Source: a virus
Lineage: Duplodnaviria; Caudoviricetes
Strand: one strand, 5' to 3'
DNA: 64,000 nucleotides
Virus record (IMG/VR): IMGVR_UViG_3300036805_000137
Location: 1 to 64,000 of that record
Below the pieces are notes generated by a model. It had not been told where the DNA came from, ran no database searches, and worked only from the letters and a program-made list of their open reading frames with translations. Every line of letters starts with the position of its first letter. The first letter of the stretch is position 1. The position numbers were made by a program, and so were the translations under genes. Shown here one piece after another: positions 36,359-45,956 of this stretch.

Positions 36359-37369
36359 ATGATGATGGCAGCTGGTCACTCATTCAGTGGGTGGTGTGCT
36401 GGGCTGATGGTTATCAATGCACTGTCACTGTTTGCTGACCTTCCTGCACTCGCCACGCTACTGCTCACACTCGGCACCGCATTGGCGTGGGCCGGCGCGG
36501 CTATCATCGCTGATTGGGATCACCCTAACTCAACCATCACTACCGCATTCGGCCCGCTTAGCCATCTCGTGCATGAAGGTGTCATCGAGCTCCACTACAC
36601 GGTAGCGGCTCTCACTGCAGACGGAGGTGACCGCAAGCCGCCAGGTCCGCACCGCGGTATCACGCACTGGTGGCCGGCTCCGTTAGTCACTGGTGGGCTC
36701 GTGGCGTTCGGTTGTTATTGGAGCAAGTGGGTTATTTTCGGCGTTCTCCTAGTGCTTTACACGGGCGCCATCCGGGGCATCACCGTCCCGGACTATGTGG
36801 TGCAACAGAACCACACCGTCCGTCATCGTTGGACAATGAAAACCGCGCACGGCATCATTGACCTGATTCCGTTTATGGCGGTGCTCAAGCGCGCCCGCAA
36901 GCATGTCATTCGCACTTACACAATTCATTTCACCTACTGGTGGAAAATACATATTCCGGTAGGCAAGATCGGCGTTATCGCGGTAGCCGCAGATTTCGCT
37001 CTCATTGCCATCCGTTATCCTTACGTTGTGGAGCACGGGCCTTGGGTCGGTGTCATTGTCTGCCTGGGGATGTATTTGCATATCCTAGGTGACGCACCAA
37101 CAGAGATGGGTATCCCTGGCCGGAAGCTCAATCGATTCTGGCGGTTGCCCAAGTGGCTGGCATTCCGGGCCGGCGGTCCATTCGAGATCTTAGTATTGTG
37201 GGTGCCCATGGTGGCATTGGGTGTCTATCTCATTCCGGGTATCCGCCCGCACGCTGAGGTGATGATGGTGCAGAGCTACATTGTGTGGGGATTGTGCATT
37301 CTCGCCGGGCTGGCTATTATTATCGAGATCGGCACCCGCTACGCGCGTAGAAAGGCTTGGATAGCGTGA
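36359..37369 (+). CDS. Membrane-bound metal-dependent hydrolase (YdjM/LexA-binding-like)
   Basis: GHSFSG, DWDHP, HRGITHW, HILGD motifs among many TM segments. Confidence 0.75.
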   Translation: MMMAAGHSFSGWCAGLMVINALSLFADLPALATLLLTLGTALAWAGAAIIADWDHPNSTITTAFGPLSHLVHEGVIELHYTVAALTADGGDRKPPGPHRGITHWWPAPLVTGGLVAFGCYWSKWVIFGVLLVLYTGAIRGITVPDYVVQQNHTVRHRWTMKTAHGIIDLIPFMAVLKRARKHVIRTYTIHFTYWWKIHIPVGKIGVIAVAADFALIAIRYPYVVEHGPWVGVIVCLGMYLHILGDAPTEMGIPGRKLNRFWRLPKWLAFRAGGPFEILVLWVPMVALGVYLIPGIRPHAEVMMVQSYIVWGLCILAGLAIIIEIGTRYARRKAWIA

Positions 37370-37498
37370 AGCCACCCGATAGGCCAGTTAACGCAGTCAC
37401 CTCTGTGATTATTCTATTCCTCCTGATGGTTGCTGCCAATATCACCGGCATACTACTGCTCAAACTACTAGGCATCCTCTAAAGAAAGGCTCCCCATT

Positions 37499-37918
37499 AT
37501 GTCATGCGCGGAAGATTGGAGCTCAATGCCTAAAGTGCAGCTGCGCTCATTCGGTTATCTGCATGGTGACCCGGCCATACCGGCACACATCACAATAGAC
37601 ACACGCAAGCTACTCTACGATCCACACACAGATGCCATGCTGCGTGAACTCACCGGTATGGATAAGATCATACGCGATAAAGTGATAGCATGCTCAGGCG
37701 CAGCCGGTCTCATCACCAACATGACCCGGCTGATACAGTCATTTGTACTGCAGCATGATGCACACGGTATTTTGGTACGCGTGGACATCGGTTGCAGCGG
37801 CGGCCGGCACCGTTCCGTTGTGCTGGTGCAAGAGATCGCAGAGCAATTGATCGCAGCTGGTATCGATACTCAGATCATGCATCGTGATGTGCGCCGGCCA
37901 GTGGTGTATAGACAATGA
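37499..37918 (+). CDS. RapZ C-terminal-domain-like protein
   Basis: SFGYLHG, D.R..L.DP, IGCSGGRHRSV, HRD motifs; start may be 37526. Confidence 0.8.
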   Translation: MSCAEDWSSMPKVQLRSFGYLHGDPAIPAHITIDTRKLLYDPHTDAMLRELTGMDKIIRDKVIACSGAAGLITNMTRLIQSFVLQHDAHGILVRVDIGCSGGRHRSVVLVQEIAEQLIAAGIDTQIMHRDVRRPVVYRQ

Positions 37919-38227
37919 CTCCCGAACAGTGGTGGAATGGCGCGCTGGAAGCAATCGCGCAGATTGCGGAAGCTGTGTTTGCGATGGGCTGGTGGGCTGT
38001 GGTGCTGAGCGCTATCATTGTCTCGGTTGGTTGGTCATTGACTTTTAACTACGATCACTACAGGGACAGAAGATGAATCATAATCTCACTATTTATGGAC
38101 ATGGTAACGGCACTGACCTCAGGGCAACCAAAGACCTACCCGTCATGTGCAACAAATGCTTTGCGTTGGTACCCATGGATTACGCAGCCAAGCATCTGCG
38201 TTGGCATATTGAGACAGAGGGCAGAAA

Positions 38228-38800
38228 ATGAAATTACGACTCGCAACGATTGTAGCGTGCGTTGCGCTGACCGCCGCGTGTACACCACATCCTGCATCTG
38301 GGCAGCTGCAGCAATCCATCATGTCCCCTGTAGCAATCCCGGCTGCAGCCACCTGCCACGAGACAAACGGCAGAGCGGATGCCCACTGTTCGCCTGGGCT
38401 GTTCGCACATAGCCCTGAGGTGACCGCAGACGCGCCGCGATACAAGCACACGCTCTGCCAGCCCAATGGAGTCAAACCGCGCTGGATAGCATCACGCCGG
38501 CCCCCTACGAGCGTCACAGACAAATGGAAGCGTGAGGTGATGGCGGCCTACGGGATGAGTGGCCAGCCTCTGAGCTCTGTCGAGGGTGACCACATCGGCA
38601 CACTGCAGCTCGATGGTGATCCCGGCTACACCCGAGGCCCGACCGGGCTGCCGATGAACTTCTACCCCGAATTGTGGGATGGCCCGGCCGGCGCACACGC
38701 CAAAGATCATGAGGAGGATTCGCTGCACAGTAAGGTATGCTCTGGTGCGCTCACGCTGGATCAGGCACAGCGCCAGCTCATCGCGGATTGGGTAAGGTGA
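38228..38800 (+). CDS. Putative lipoprotein with His-Me/HNH-like nuclease fold
   Basis: Lipobox-like LTAAC; EGDHIGTLQLDG...NFYPE...AHAKD.EE..LH..VCSG...L.QAQ...DW. Confidence 0.55.
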   Translation: MKLRLATIVACVALTAACTPHPASGQLQQSIMSPVAIPAAATCHETNGRADAHCSPGLFAHSPEVTADAPRYKHTLCQPNGVKPRWIASRRPPTSVTDKWKREVMAAYGMSGQPLSSVEGDHIGTLQLDGDPGYTRGPTGLPMNFYPELWDGPAGAHAKDHEEDSLHSKVCSGALTLDQAQRQLIADWVR

Positions 38801-38910
38801 TGATGTTTATTCCCTTGGCTGATCTATGCTGGTCAATTGATCGTAGCAACTTTTGTGGGTATCATTCACTCACGACTACCGCACTGCAGTACTCACAATC
38901 GAGGTCAACA

Positions 38911-39201
38911 ATGGCGACAACTGATAAGACACCAACCATTCGTGAAAACCGGCGAGAATACCGGATAGCTCGCCAGATAGAAGCTGCAGAGAGACTGAAG
39001 ATACTAGCTGATCTCGTATACAGCACCGATGGACGCGGGCAGCCGCTGCGCAGAGTGGTTGCACTGCTAGACGGCACGGATAACAGCCCCTTGCCTGATG
39101 AGACAGCATTCGCGCTCAATCTCGTGGTGGACCTGATCCTCAATGACCAACCAAACCAGCGCTCTACTCCTACACCACCTGCAGACGGGACACCGGAATG
39201 A
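38911..39201 (+). CDS. Hypothetical protein
   Basis: GAGGT RBS before ATG 38911. Confidence 0.55.
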   Translation: MATTDKTPTIRENRREYRIARQIEAAERLKILADLVYSTDGRGQPLRRVVALLDGTDNSPLPDETAFALNLVVDLILNDQPNQRSTPTPPADGTPE

Positions 39202-39527
39202 CCAGCAATTCCACTGATGACATCAGCGATGGCTATCACACATTCGGTGAGCTCTACGAACACCGCACCGCGCTACTGGCCGCTCTGATGCACTGCGCAC
39301 CCGAACGTGCGTGGATGTCCCGGCTGCATCATGACGGTACAGCTTACGAGGGGTTCTTTATCGCGGGGATGGAGCTGCCGGCAGGCCAGATCACCTATCA
39401 CGTGCGCGATGTGTGGTGGGCTGCCTACCAACTCACCGGGGCTAACGTCTGCGACCGTGCGCCTATCTGGGATGAGCATGACCCCGCACACGTTATTGCG
39501 AGGTTGCGCTTGTGGGCGATCAGCTAA
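39198..39527 (+). CDS. Conserved phage protein (SDGYHTF...WD.H family)
   Basis: SDGYHTFGELYEHR...GQITYH...APIWDEH. Confidence 0.65.
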   Translation: MTSNSTDDISDGYHTFGELYEHRTALLAALMHCAPERAWMSRLHHDGTAYEGFFIAGMELPAGQITYHVRDVWWAAYQLTGANVCDRAPIWDEHDPAHVIARLRLWAIS

Positions 39528-39707
39528 AGAATTCAGCCATCACAGTCCAGCTATCAAGTATGCGTTGCCGCCAGCTGCGCCGGGCGACCGGTGCGCGGCG
39601 GGTACGGCGTTGGCTGGGTGGTTTGGCTCTCGTACGAGCTCGTGTGGCGGTCACGCGGGGGATCTCCTAGCCGTTGCCTGGCATGCGGTGCTGGTAGTCT
39701 AACTGTT

Positions 39708-40301
39708 GTGCTGGCAAACCTCACACCAACGCAGCTAGCGGTACTAAACCTCTACCGAAGCAACCAAAGCGCTAAACAAATTGGCACTGCGCTGGGTTTC
39801 AGTCGCCAGCGCGCGGATGAGATTATCGAGGCACTGCGCCGCAAAGTGCTGACTACCGACCCGTCTGAGTGGGCCACCACACGTGAGCTGCATCCGCCAG
39901 AGTCCCGGGCACAGCCGTGGCCACCGCCGGCTAGGCGAGCTCGCCAGGGTGAGTTTGTGATGCGCGCGGTGGTCCTGCCGCGCGAGGACGGGACGGATCT
40001 GCCCTACGTCCCTGACGAGTGCTCGATCACGTGGACATGGTACGGCGTGGCATCACGCCGGCTGGGTTGGTCCTGGGCAGCGTCGCGCAGCCGTCCATGG
40101 TCGATAGAGGACACCCTGACCACTTACGCGGACTGGCACACGTGGATGGACGCAGCGCAGCGGGCGCCCTACATCATGCCCCCTGAACGCATCGTATTGC
40201 CTGAGCTGGGTACGGAAGCTTGCTATGACCCGGGCGAGCTCACCCGCACACTAGCCTGGGTGATCGGTGTTGAGGGCCTGATCTATCCTTCCGGGGGTTA
40301 A
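39708..40301 (+). CDS. N-terminal HTH (LuxR/sigma region 4-like) protein
   Basis: LTPTQLAVLNL...SAKQIGTALGFSRQRADEII; start trimmed to GTG 39708. Confidence 0.6.
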   Translation: MLANLTPTQLAVLNLYRSNQSAKQIGTALGFSRQRADEIIEALRRKVLTTDPSEWATTRELHPPESRAQPWPPPARRARQGEFVMRAVVLPREDGTDLPYVPDECSITWTWYGVASRRLGWSWAASRSRPWSIEDTLTTYADWHTWMDAAQRAPYIMPPERIVLPELGTEACYDPGELTRTLAWVIGVEGLIYPSGG

Positions 40302-40305
40302 TTGA

Positions 40306-40902
40306 GTGTCCCGCACTATCCGCTACCGGGTACAAGAGGATGACCTTGCATCAAACATCTACCGGTGCCTGGGGAAATCCAAACAAAAACCGCGGGTGCT
40401 CGCCAGTGCGCGCTTGCTGTGGTTATGCGAATTAGCGGTGATGCCCGCGCTGCCAGGAGTGTCTTTAGGCGTCAAATTCGACATGGAGCATGACGCGCCA
40501 GCGGTGCGGGGATCCTGGGTGACCGCGAGCGCAAAATGCACTATACAAAAAGGACGCTACTGGGAATGGGATGTGATTGTTTGCGATGCTTACGGGAAAA
40601 TCGCAAAGTGCACGCTGGGATTTATCGCTGATGTTGATACTGAGGACTACACCGCACGCCGGGTCACTCCTAAACTTGCTGCCCGCAGTAGCCGGGCCTC
40701 CTGCTGGCTGTGCGCGCTTAATGCGCTCTCCCTGGTTTCATTCCTGGCTATTCCTCTGCAGGTAGCCTACCTATGGCATGGCCGGGCTGCGATGCTGGCC
40801 ACGGAGATAGCTTTCGCAGTGGGATGGCTCATTTGGCGCAAGGGTCTGCTGGCAGCGATTTGTGATCGAGTCACAATCCGGCGGAGTGGTAAAAAGCACT
40901 GA
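40306..40902 (+). CDS. Hot-dog-fold thioesterase (FlK-like) with C-terminal TM hairpin
   Basis: VLAS...CELA...SLGVKFDMEHDAPAV.G..VTASA...WDVIV.D pattern. Confidence 0.6.
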   Translation: MSRTIRYRVQEDDLASNIYRCLGKSKQKPRVLASARLLWLCELAVMPALPGVSLGVKFDMEHDAPAVRGSWVTASAKCTIQKGRYWEWDVIVCDAYGKIAKCTLGFIADVDTEDYTARRVTPKLAARSSRASCWLCALNALSLVSFLAIPLQVAYLWHGRAAMLATEIAFAVGWLIWRKGLLAAICDRVTIRRSGKKH

Positions 40903-40916
40903 CTGAGGTGAGGCGA

Positions 40917-40973
40917 TCCCCCTGCCACGCGCTGGCTAGTCCTGGGCTCCAGCCGCGCCGGGTGGCAGGGGGA
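40917..40973 (+). terminator. Long GC-rich hairpin
   Basis: TCCCCCTGCCAC / GTGGCAGGGGGA 12-bp stem, followed closely by TTTTT. Confidence 0.55.
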
Positions 40974-41294
40974 CCACCATTTTTGTCAGACTCGCCACGA
41001 GGATCTGACAGCTACACAAGCGGCCACCCGCATGCCAGCACGCACAGCTTACCTCTACTGGCCAGTAGCGCGTCAACGGCATGCTGAGCAAGGGCGTGTA
41101 CACCTACTCATGTGGATCAACTTACTGACCGCTAACCTATGGCTTACCTGCGAAGACTTGACACGTCGCCCGTTCGTGCGGTACATAACGTGGTCTCTTG
41201 CCCGGGACAGCTCGCAAGGGGTACGCTAAGGCCTCTGTGCGCCACGCACACCCGCGGACTCGCCACCGCTGACAGACCTACAGGAGAGTGGTAT

Positions 41295-41801
41295 ATGGCC
41301 ACGCCCGGATCCAGCATGCCCAACCAAGCCGAGGTCGATCAAATTCTGCGTGAGCTCGGTGTTCCGATACTTTCCCGGCCACCGGCTCTACCGCCCGATG
41401 CCAGCCCGGAAGATCCTGCCGTCATCGCATCAGCATCCCAGTTGCGCAAGGCTGAAAAAGACGGCAAGCCAGTCACCCAGTTCATCGCTACCCCCGGCGA
41501 CCGGCTAGAGCAGTTGTATGATGAGTATGCGCAGCTCAAGCCGCAACTCGATGCGCTGCAGGCTCGTGTGGAGGAATTGAAAGATTCTGTTAAGGCCACC
41601 CTGCATCACCTCGATCCCAGAGCAACAAAAGTGCAACTATTCCGGCTAGGCCGGTCCGATGGCCTCACGCTCGCAGCTGAGGAAAAAACCTATGTCAACA
41701 GCGATGTGCTCAAAGCACAGTTCCCCGCGGCTTACGCGGCTGCCGTGTATAAGAAACCGCAGTGGGGATTGCGCTGGGTCGGCTCTAGGTCTAGAGGGTA
41801 G
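41295..41801 (+). CDS. Coiled-coil protein of the recombination module
   Basis: AGGAG RBS; LEQLYDEYAQLK...LKDSVK coiled coil. Confidence 0.6.
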   Translation: MATPGSSMPNQAEVDQILRELGVPILSRPPALPPDASPEDPAVIASASQLRKAEKDGKPVTQFIATPGDRLEQLYDEYAQLKPQLDALQARVEELKDSVKATLHHLDPRATKVQLFRLGRSDGLTLAAEEKTYVNSDVLKAQFPAAYAAAVYKKPQWGLRWVGSRSRG

Positions 41802-41803
41802 GG

Positions 41804-42043
41804 ATGATGAAACGTGCAGCAATCGGCACAGCTGTGTGTGTCGGTGTCATCTTCCTATCATTAGTGACCGGAATCATCCGGGTAGGTATGTGGACTGGTC
41901 CGGGGGGGTTCACAGACGGCAAAGATCATCAAGTTGTTGAGATCACCATGCTCAATGAGATTGGTTATTCATTCGGTAATCCGCATACCGGCTGGTTTCG
42001 TCCTATGCAGTCAAATCTTGAACTAGGGGGGAGAGGGTTTTGA
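41804..42043 (+). CDS. Small membrane protein
   Basis: N-terminal TM helix. Confidence 0.5.
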   Translation: MMKRAAIGTAVCVGVIFLSLVTGIIRVGMWTGPGGFTDGKDHQVVEITMLNEIGYSFGNPHTGWFRPMQSNLELGGRGF

Positions 42044-42261
42044 CCGTCCACGAACTGATACAGCTTCTAGACAGGATGCCACAAGAGATCGAAGTTTATT
42101 TCATGGACAGTGACCGCGACTGGGTACCTCTGCGGGATAGCGATATTCGCAAAGGGTTCTTTGCCAAGGTGGGTACGGATTCAGCCCGCGGGTGCAGCTT
42201 CTTTGTGGTTGATGAAGATGACGATAAAGATCCGCCCAATGGAATCAGCATCGGTACGTAA
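42040..42261 (+). CDS. Small hypothetical protein
   Basis: MTVHELIQLLDRMPQEIEV, a common phage small-protein start; TTGA overlap. Confidence 0.55.
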   Translation: MTVHELIQLLDRMPQEIEVYFMDSDRDWVPLRDSDIRKGFFAKVGTDSARGCSFFVVDEDDDKDPPNGISIGT

Positions 42262-42287
42262 ATGGCATACGATCGGGGATAGGAATT

Positions 42288-42974
42288 ATGGCAAAACGGG
42301 GTAGATGGCCAATGCTCATCATTGAGCACTACAATGGTGAGATAACTGAGATCAGTGTGCAACACGGCTGGGAGCGCAACAGCTGGGAATTGATTGTCAA
42401 TGCCGATGACGACTCTAGCCGTACTGTGTTCCCGATTGCAGGGAACGTCAAGAGCTACACCGTTGTCAAGCGCAGCCGCCAAGCAATCCTAGACGAACGT
42501 GTCCGCGACCTCGCACATGATGTGCGCAACCGGACCTGCAAACACGGCAGCAAGCTGTCAGCGTGTGCAACCTGCGTGCTCGATGATAAAGACTTTCGAG
42601 ACTACAGCCAAAGCTGCAAGCACGGTGCACCCCTGCTGAGTGAATGGTGTAGCGCTTGCGCTTATGAGCTGCGTAAAGCAGATGCCCAAAGCCGATTCAG
42701 ACCAACCATACTCACTGAACTACGCAACATCATGCACAGTGGCACTATCACTGGTCACGGCGGTTTGTCGGATCCACCACCCGACCCCGTATGTCCACAC
42801 GTGCCTCCTGGTTATCCAGCATGCAGACACTGCACCCCCAAATTTGATTGCATTCATGGCAGCCCACCATGCGCGAGTTGCGAGGACATGACGTGTACCC
42901 ATGGCGGCCACCCGGCTACCTGCGTGTTCTGTGCAGAATCCGCGAAAAATCCGACTGTCAGACCCCCGCGGTAG
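42288..42974 (+). CDS. Cys/His-repeat (C-x-H...CxxC) protein
   Basis: Five C-x-H-x(3-8)-CxxC units. Confidence 0.6.
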   Translation: MAKRGRWPMLIIEHYNGEITEISVQHGWERNSWELIVNADDDSSRTVFPIAGNVKSYTVVKRSRQAILDERVRDLAHDVRNRTCKHGSKLSACATCVLDDKDFRDYSQSCKHGAPLLSEWCSACAYELRKADAQSRFRPTILTELRNIMHSGTITGHGGLSDPPPDPVCPHVPPGYPACRHCTPKFDCIHGSPPCASCEDMTCTHGGHPATCVFCAESAKNPTVRPPR

Positions 42975-42983
42975 CGTGCTGGC

Positions 42984-43820
42984 ATGGCCACACTCAAGCC
43001 TCCTGCACCCGCAGACTTCATGGCGCGGGCGCCTAAGCCGTTCAGCGGCAACACTGCCTGGGCCGAGAGCTACGCACTGGCGCTACGCCGGGTGGTAGTC
43101 GATTACGCCAACCACTCGCCACGGACCTTGCAGAAAGAACTTGGACCTAGCGAGATCGGTACCCCGTGTGACCGGCAGGTGGTGGGCAAGCTAGCCGACA
43201 TCGAGCGGACCAACCACATCGTTGACCCGTGGGCCAGCATCGTGGGCACCGCGCTGCATGCCTGGTTTGCCCAAGCATTCGACTGGGATAACCGCTATCA
43301 CAACTATGTGCGCTGGCTTACGGAATTCCGCGTGCATCCACACCCTGACCACCCGGGTACCGGCGATTTGTACGACTTCACAGAGGAGGCAGTAGTAGAC
43401 CACAAAAACTTGGGTGAAACCCCGATGAAACACTTGCGCAACCATGGGCCGGTGCGGCGATATTTCGTACAGAAACTGGCCTACGCGCGGGGTTTCCGGC
43501 TGATGGGCCTGCCAGTCCGGCGCACTGTACTCGTGGCATGGCCTCGCACCAAATCAAGCCTCGCTACCACCTATGTCTATGAGCACACCCTCACGCCTGC
43601 AGATGATGTGTTGCTCGATGATGTATTCACATGGATGCAGGTGCGCAAAGCACTGGCTACCGCGGTGCGCGATGGTGTGCTCTCACTCAATGACATCACG
43701 CCTACCCCTTCGGATGAGGAGTGTTATTTTTGCCCATTCTATCGCGCTGATGTACTGACCGATCCCAATGCCACCGGATGTGCTGGGCATCATCTCATCG
43801 CCGGCCGGATGAAAAAATGA
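42984..43820 (+). CDS. Cas4-like PD-(D/E)XK exonuclease
   Basis: GPSEIGTPC, GTALH, GTGDLYD, VVDHK, Y motif, C-terminal CYFCPF...C (1+3 Cys). Confidence 0.8.
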   Translation: MATLKPPAPADFMARAPKPFSGNTAWAESYALALRRVVVDYANHSPRTLQKELGPSEIGTPCDRQVVGKLADIERTNHIVDPWASIVGTALHAWFAQAFDWDNRYHNYVRWLTEFRVHPHPDHPGTGDLYDFTEEAVVDHKNLGETPMKHLRNHGPVRRYFVQKLAYARGFRLMGLPVRRTVLVAWPRTKSSLATTYVYEHTLTPADDVLLDDVFTWMQVRKALATAVRDGVLSLNDITPTPSDEECYFCPFYRADVLTDPNATGCAGHHLIAGRMKK

Positions 43821-44047
43821 GAGCCAGAATCATGCCAGAATTTAACTATGGATCTGCTTATGAGCAACTTGTCCAGCATGCACTAGACAATCCCATGCCT
43901 GATGATTTACACAAGCATCTGGGAGATTTGTTGGAAGCTGTGACTATGAATCGCGGATTAGACCACGGTGAGGCAATGAGCGTAATCGAAATTGCCTATC
44001 CCTTGATACGTGACTACTTGGCTTCTGTTGCAGATGAAGGGAGGTGA
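43817..44047 (+). CDS. Small hypothetical protein
   Basis: ATGA overlap. Confidence 0.5.
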   Translation: MRARIMPEFNYGSAYEQLVQHALDNPMPDDLHKHLGDLLEAVTMNRGLDHGEAMSVIEIAYPLIRDYLASVADEGR

Positions 44048-44127
44048 ACAAATAAAACACTGAATACACTAGCATAATACCCCCATACTAACCCAGACTC
44101 GCACACACAGATGGAAAGGCATAACAC

Positions 44128-45360
44128 ATGACTACTTCTACCGTTGCCCCTCCCGGCCCCCCGCCGGTTGAGGGAGCGCAGTGGAATGGTGAGCGGTGGT
44201 TTACCTACAATGCAGCTACCAACGCCTGGGATGTGGTACCCGAGGCACCGACCACTCCACCGTTACCGGCCGCTGCCAGCAATGGGGACGGGACAGACAA
44301 GCCCAAGCCGCAAATGGTGATGGGCACACTCACCGACTATTTCGACCAGCAAGCCGCACAAGGCGGTTCCGGTAAGACATGGAAATTCCACCAGAAACCG
44401 GTAGGAACTTCCTACCGCGGGATTGTCGCCACTGACATTGACGTCCGGGTGGTCGCTCAGACTGACAGTGAGGGCAAAGTCATTGAGCAGAACGGGCAGA
44501 AAAAATACCAACTGCTCGTGCCCATGTTGGTGATGCCTGAGGGTGAATACACCGATGGGCATGCTACCGCAGTGTTTAAGGCCGGTGATGGCCGTGACAA
44601 GCTCAATGCGGCTATGGCCGCGGTAGGTGCTCCGTTGACCACTGATGAGGCCTCTGGCCGCGCTGGATATGTTCCGCAGCCCGGTGCATTTATCCAAATG
44701 ACCAAGGTGGCAGAACAGCAAGGCAAAACTGCAAAAGGTGAGGGTTTCACCAAGTACATCTATGAGGTGCACTACCGCAACCCGGATGATCCGAACATCG
44801 CGGCGATCCGGGCTGAGATCGAGGGCGCGGTTGCCGCTGTCGAGGATGCCCCACCACCGCCCGAGATGAGATATGACCCAACTACCCGTCAGTGGGTGAT
44901 GGTGGCGCCCGCAGCGGCCGGGCCAGCCACACCAGCGGTCACGGCACCCCCGGTGCCCGCAGCGACCAACTCAGCACCAGCCACACCGGCTCCGCCAGCT
45001 ACCGCGCCAGCACCTGCATCAGTACCTCCAGCAACCACACCACTGCCACCGCCGGCAGCGACACCACCCGCAGTGCCACCTACAGCGCCAGCAAGCCCGG
45101 TAGTGCCGCCACCTAGTGCACCACCGGCCGCGCAGTCGGCAGCGGCTGTCCAGGCGGCTGCAGCTCACGTAGCTACGGCAGACGGCTCGCCAGCGGCTGT
45201 CAATGGAGCTGTTCCGGCCGCGGCACCGCCGGCTCCGCAGATCACCCGTGAGCAGTGGGCGCAGATGCAGCCCGCCGTGCGCGCGGTGGTGGCTGAGAAA
45301 ACCGGGGTAGCCATCCCCGATGATCTCAACCCGGCTCACGCATCGTTTGCCGGCAACTAG
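44128..45360 (+). CDS. Putative ssDNA-binding protein with Pro/Ala-rich tail
   Basis: GAAAGG RBS; OB-like core next to the exonuclease; long PA-rich C-terminal region. Confidence 0.5.
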   Translation: MTTSTVAPPGPPPVEGAQWNGERWFTYNAATNAWDVVPEAPTTPPLPAAASNGDGTDKPKPQMVMGTLTDYFDQQAAQGGSGKTWKFHQKPVGTSYRGIVATDIDVRVVAQTDSEGKVIEQNGQKKYQLLVPMLVMPEGEYTDGHATAVFKAGDGRDKLNAAMAAVGAPLTTDEASGRAGYVPQPGAFIQMTKVAEQQGKTAKGEGFTKYIYEVHYRNPDDPNIAAIRAEIEGAVAAVEDAPPPPEMRYDPTTRQWVMVAPAAAGPATPAVTAPPVPAATNSAPATPAPPATAPAPASVPPATTPLPPPAATPPAVPPTAPASPVVPPPSAPPAAQSAAAVQAAAAHVATADGSPAAVNGAVPAAAPPAPQITREQWAQMQPAVRAVVAEKTGVAIPDDLNPAHASFAGN

Positions 45361-45383
45361 GCAACTAGCCGAGACATCCACTT

Positions 45384-45431
45384 GCCGGGGGGTCAGCGTG
45401 TACACGTCCTGGTGTCAGTTGACCCCCCGGC
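45384..45431 (+). terminator. Hairpin after the SSB-like gene
   Basis: GCCGGGGGGTCA / TGACCCCCCGGC 12-bp perfect stem. Confidence 0.55.
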
Positions 45432-45616
45432 CCCTACCCAAACCACAAACAAAGGACAATGACATGCCGAAAAAGCCCACCAAAGTAGAGCGAGTAAAAC
45501 GAGCTGCGGATAAGGTAGATCGCAGTGTAGACAAGGTACTCAAAGTTACTGATTGGTTTGGCAGAAAATAGAATATCAGCAGATCAACATCACTTCACCT
45601 AAAGGACTCGCCACCC

Positions 45617-45946
45617 ATGCCCGAAAACACCGATGAGACCACACTCTTTGTGCCTATGCGCCGGTACTTCCGTCCGAACGGTCACAGCGAGATGGGTCAC
45701 CTCATAATCCCAGACGCGCGGACCCCTGATCGATTGTCACGTCTGGAGTGGATCTCACACGAAAAAATCGAATTCACTATGGAAGCATTCCCTAACATGG
45801 TCAACATCTGTATGGATGACGGCTCATTCGATTACAAATACGAGGTTGTGCCGCATCCTGATGTCAACACCAAGGTATTGGAGCTGATCGACAACTTCAA
45901 TTTACAGGACTACCGCAACACTGCCACCCTGCAGGCCAGCGACTAG
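45617..45946 (+). CDS. Hypothetical protein
   Basis: AAAGGA RBS, 109 aa. Confidence 0.6.
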   Translation: MPENTDETTLFVPMRRYFRPNGHSEMGHLIIPDARTPDRLSRLEWISHEKIEFTMEAFPNMVNICMDDGSFDYKYEVVPHPDVNTKVLELIDNFNLQDYRNTATLQASD

Positions 45947-45956
45947 GCCCGCACGA

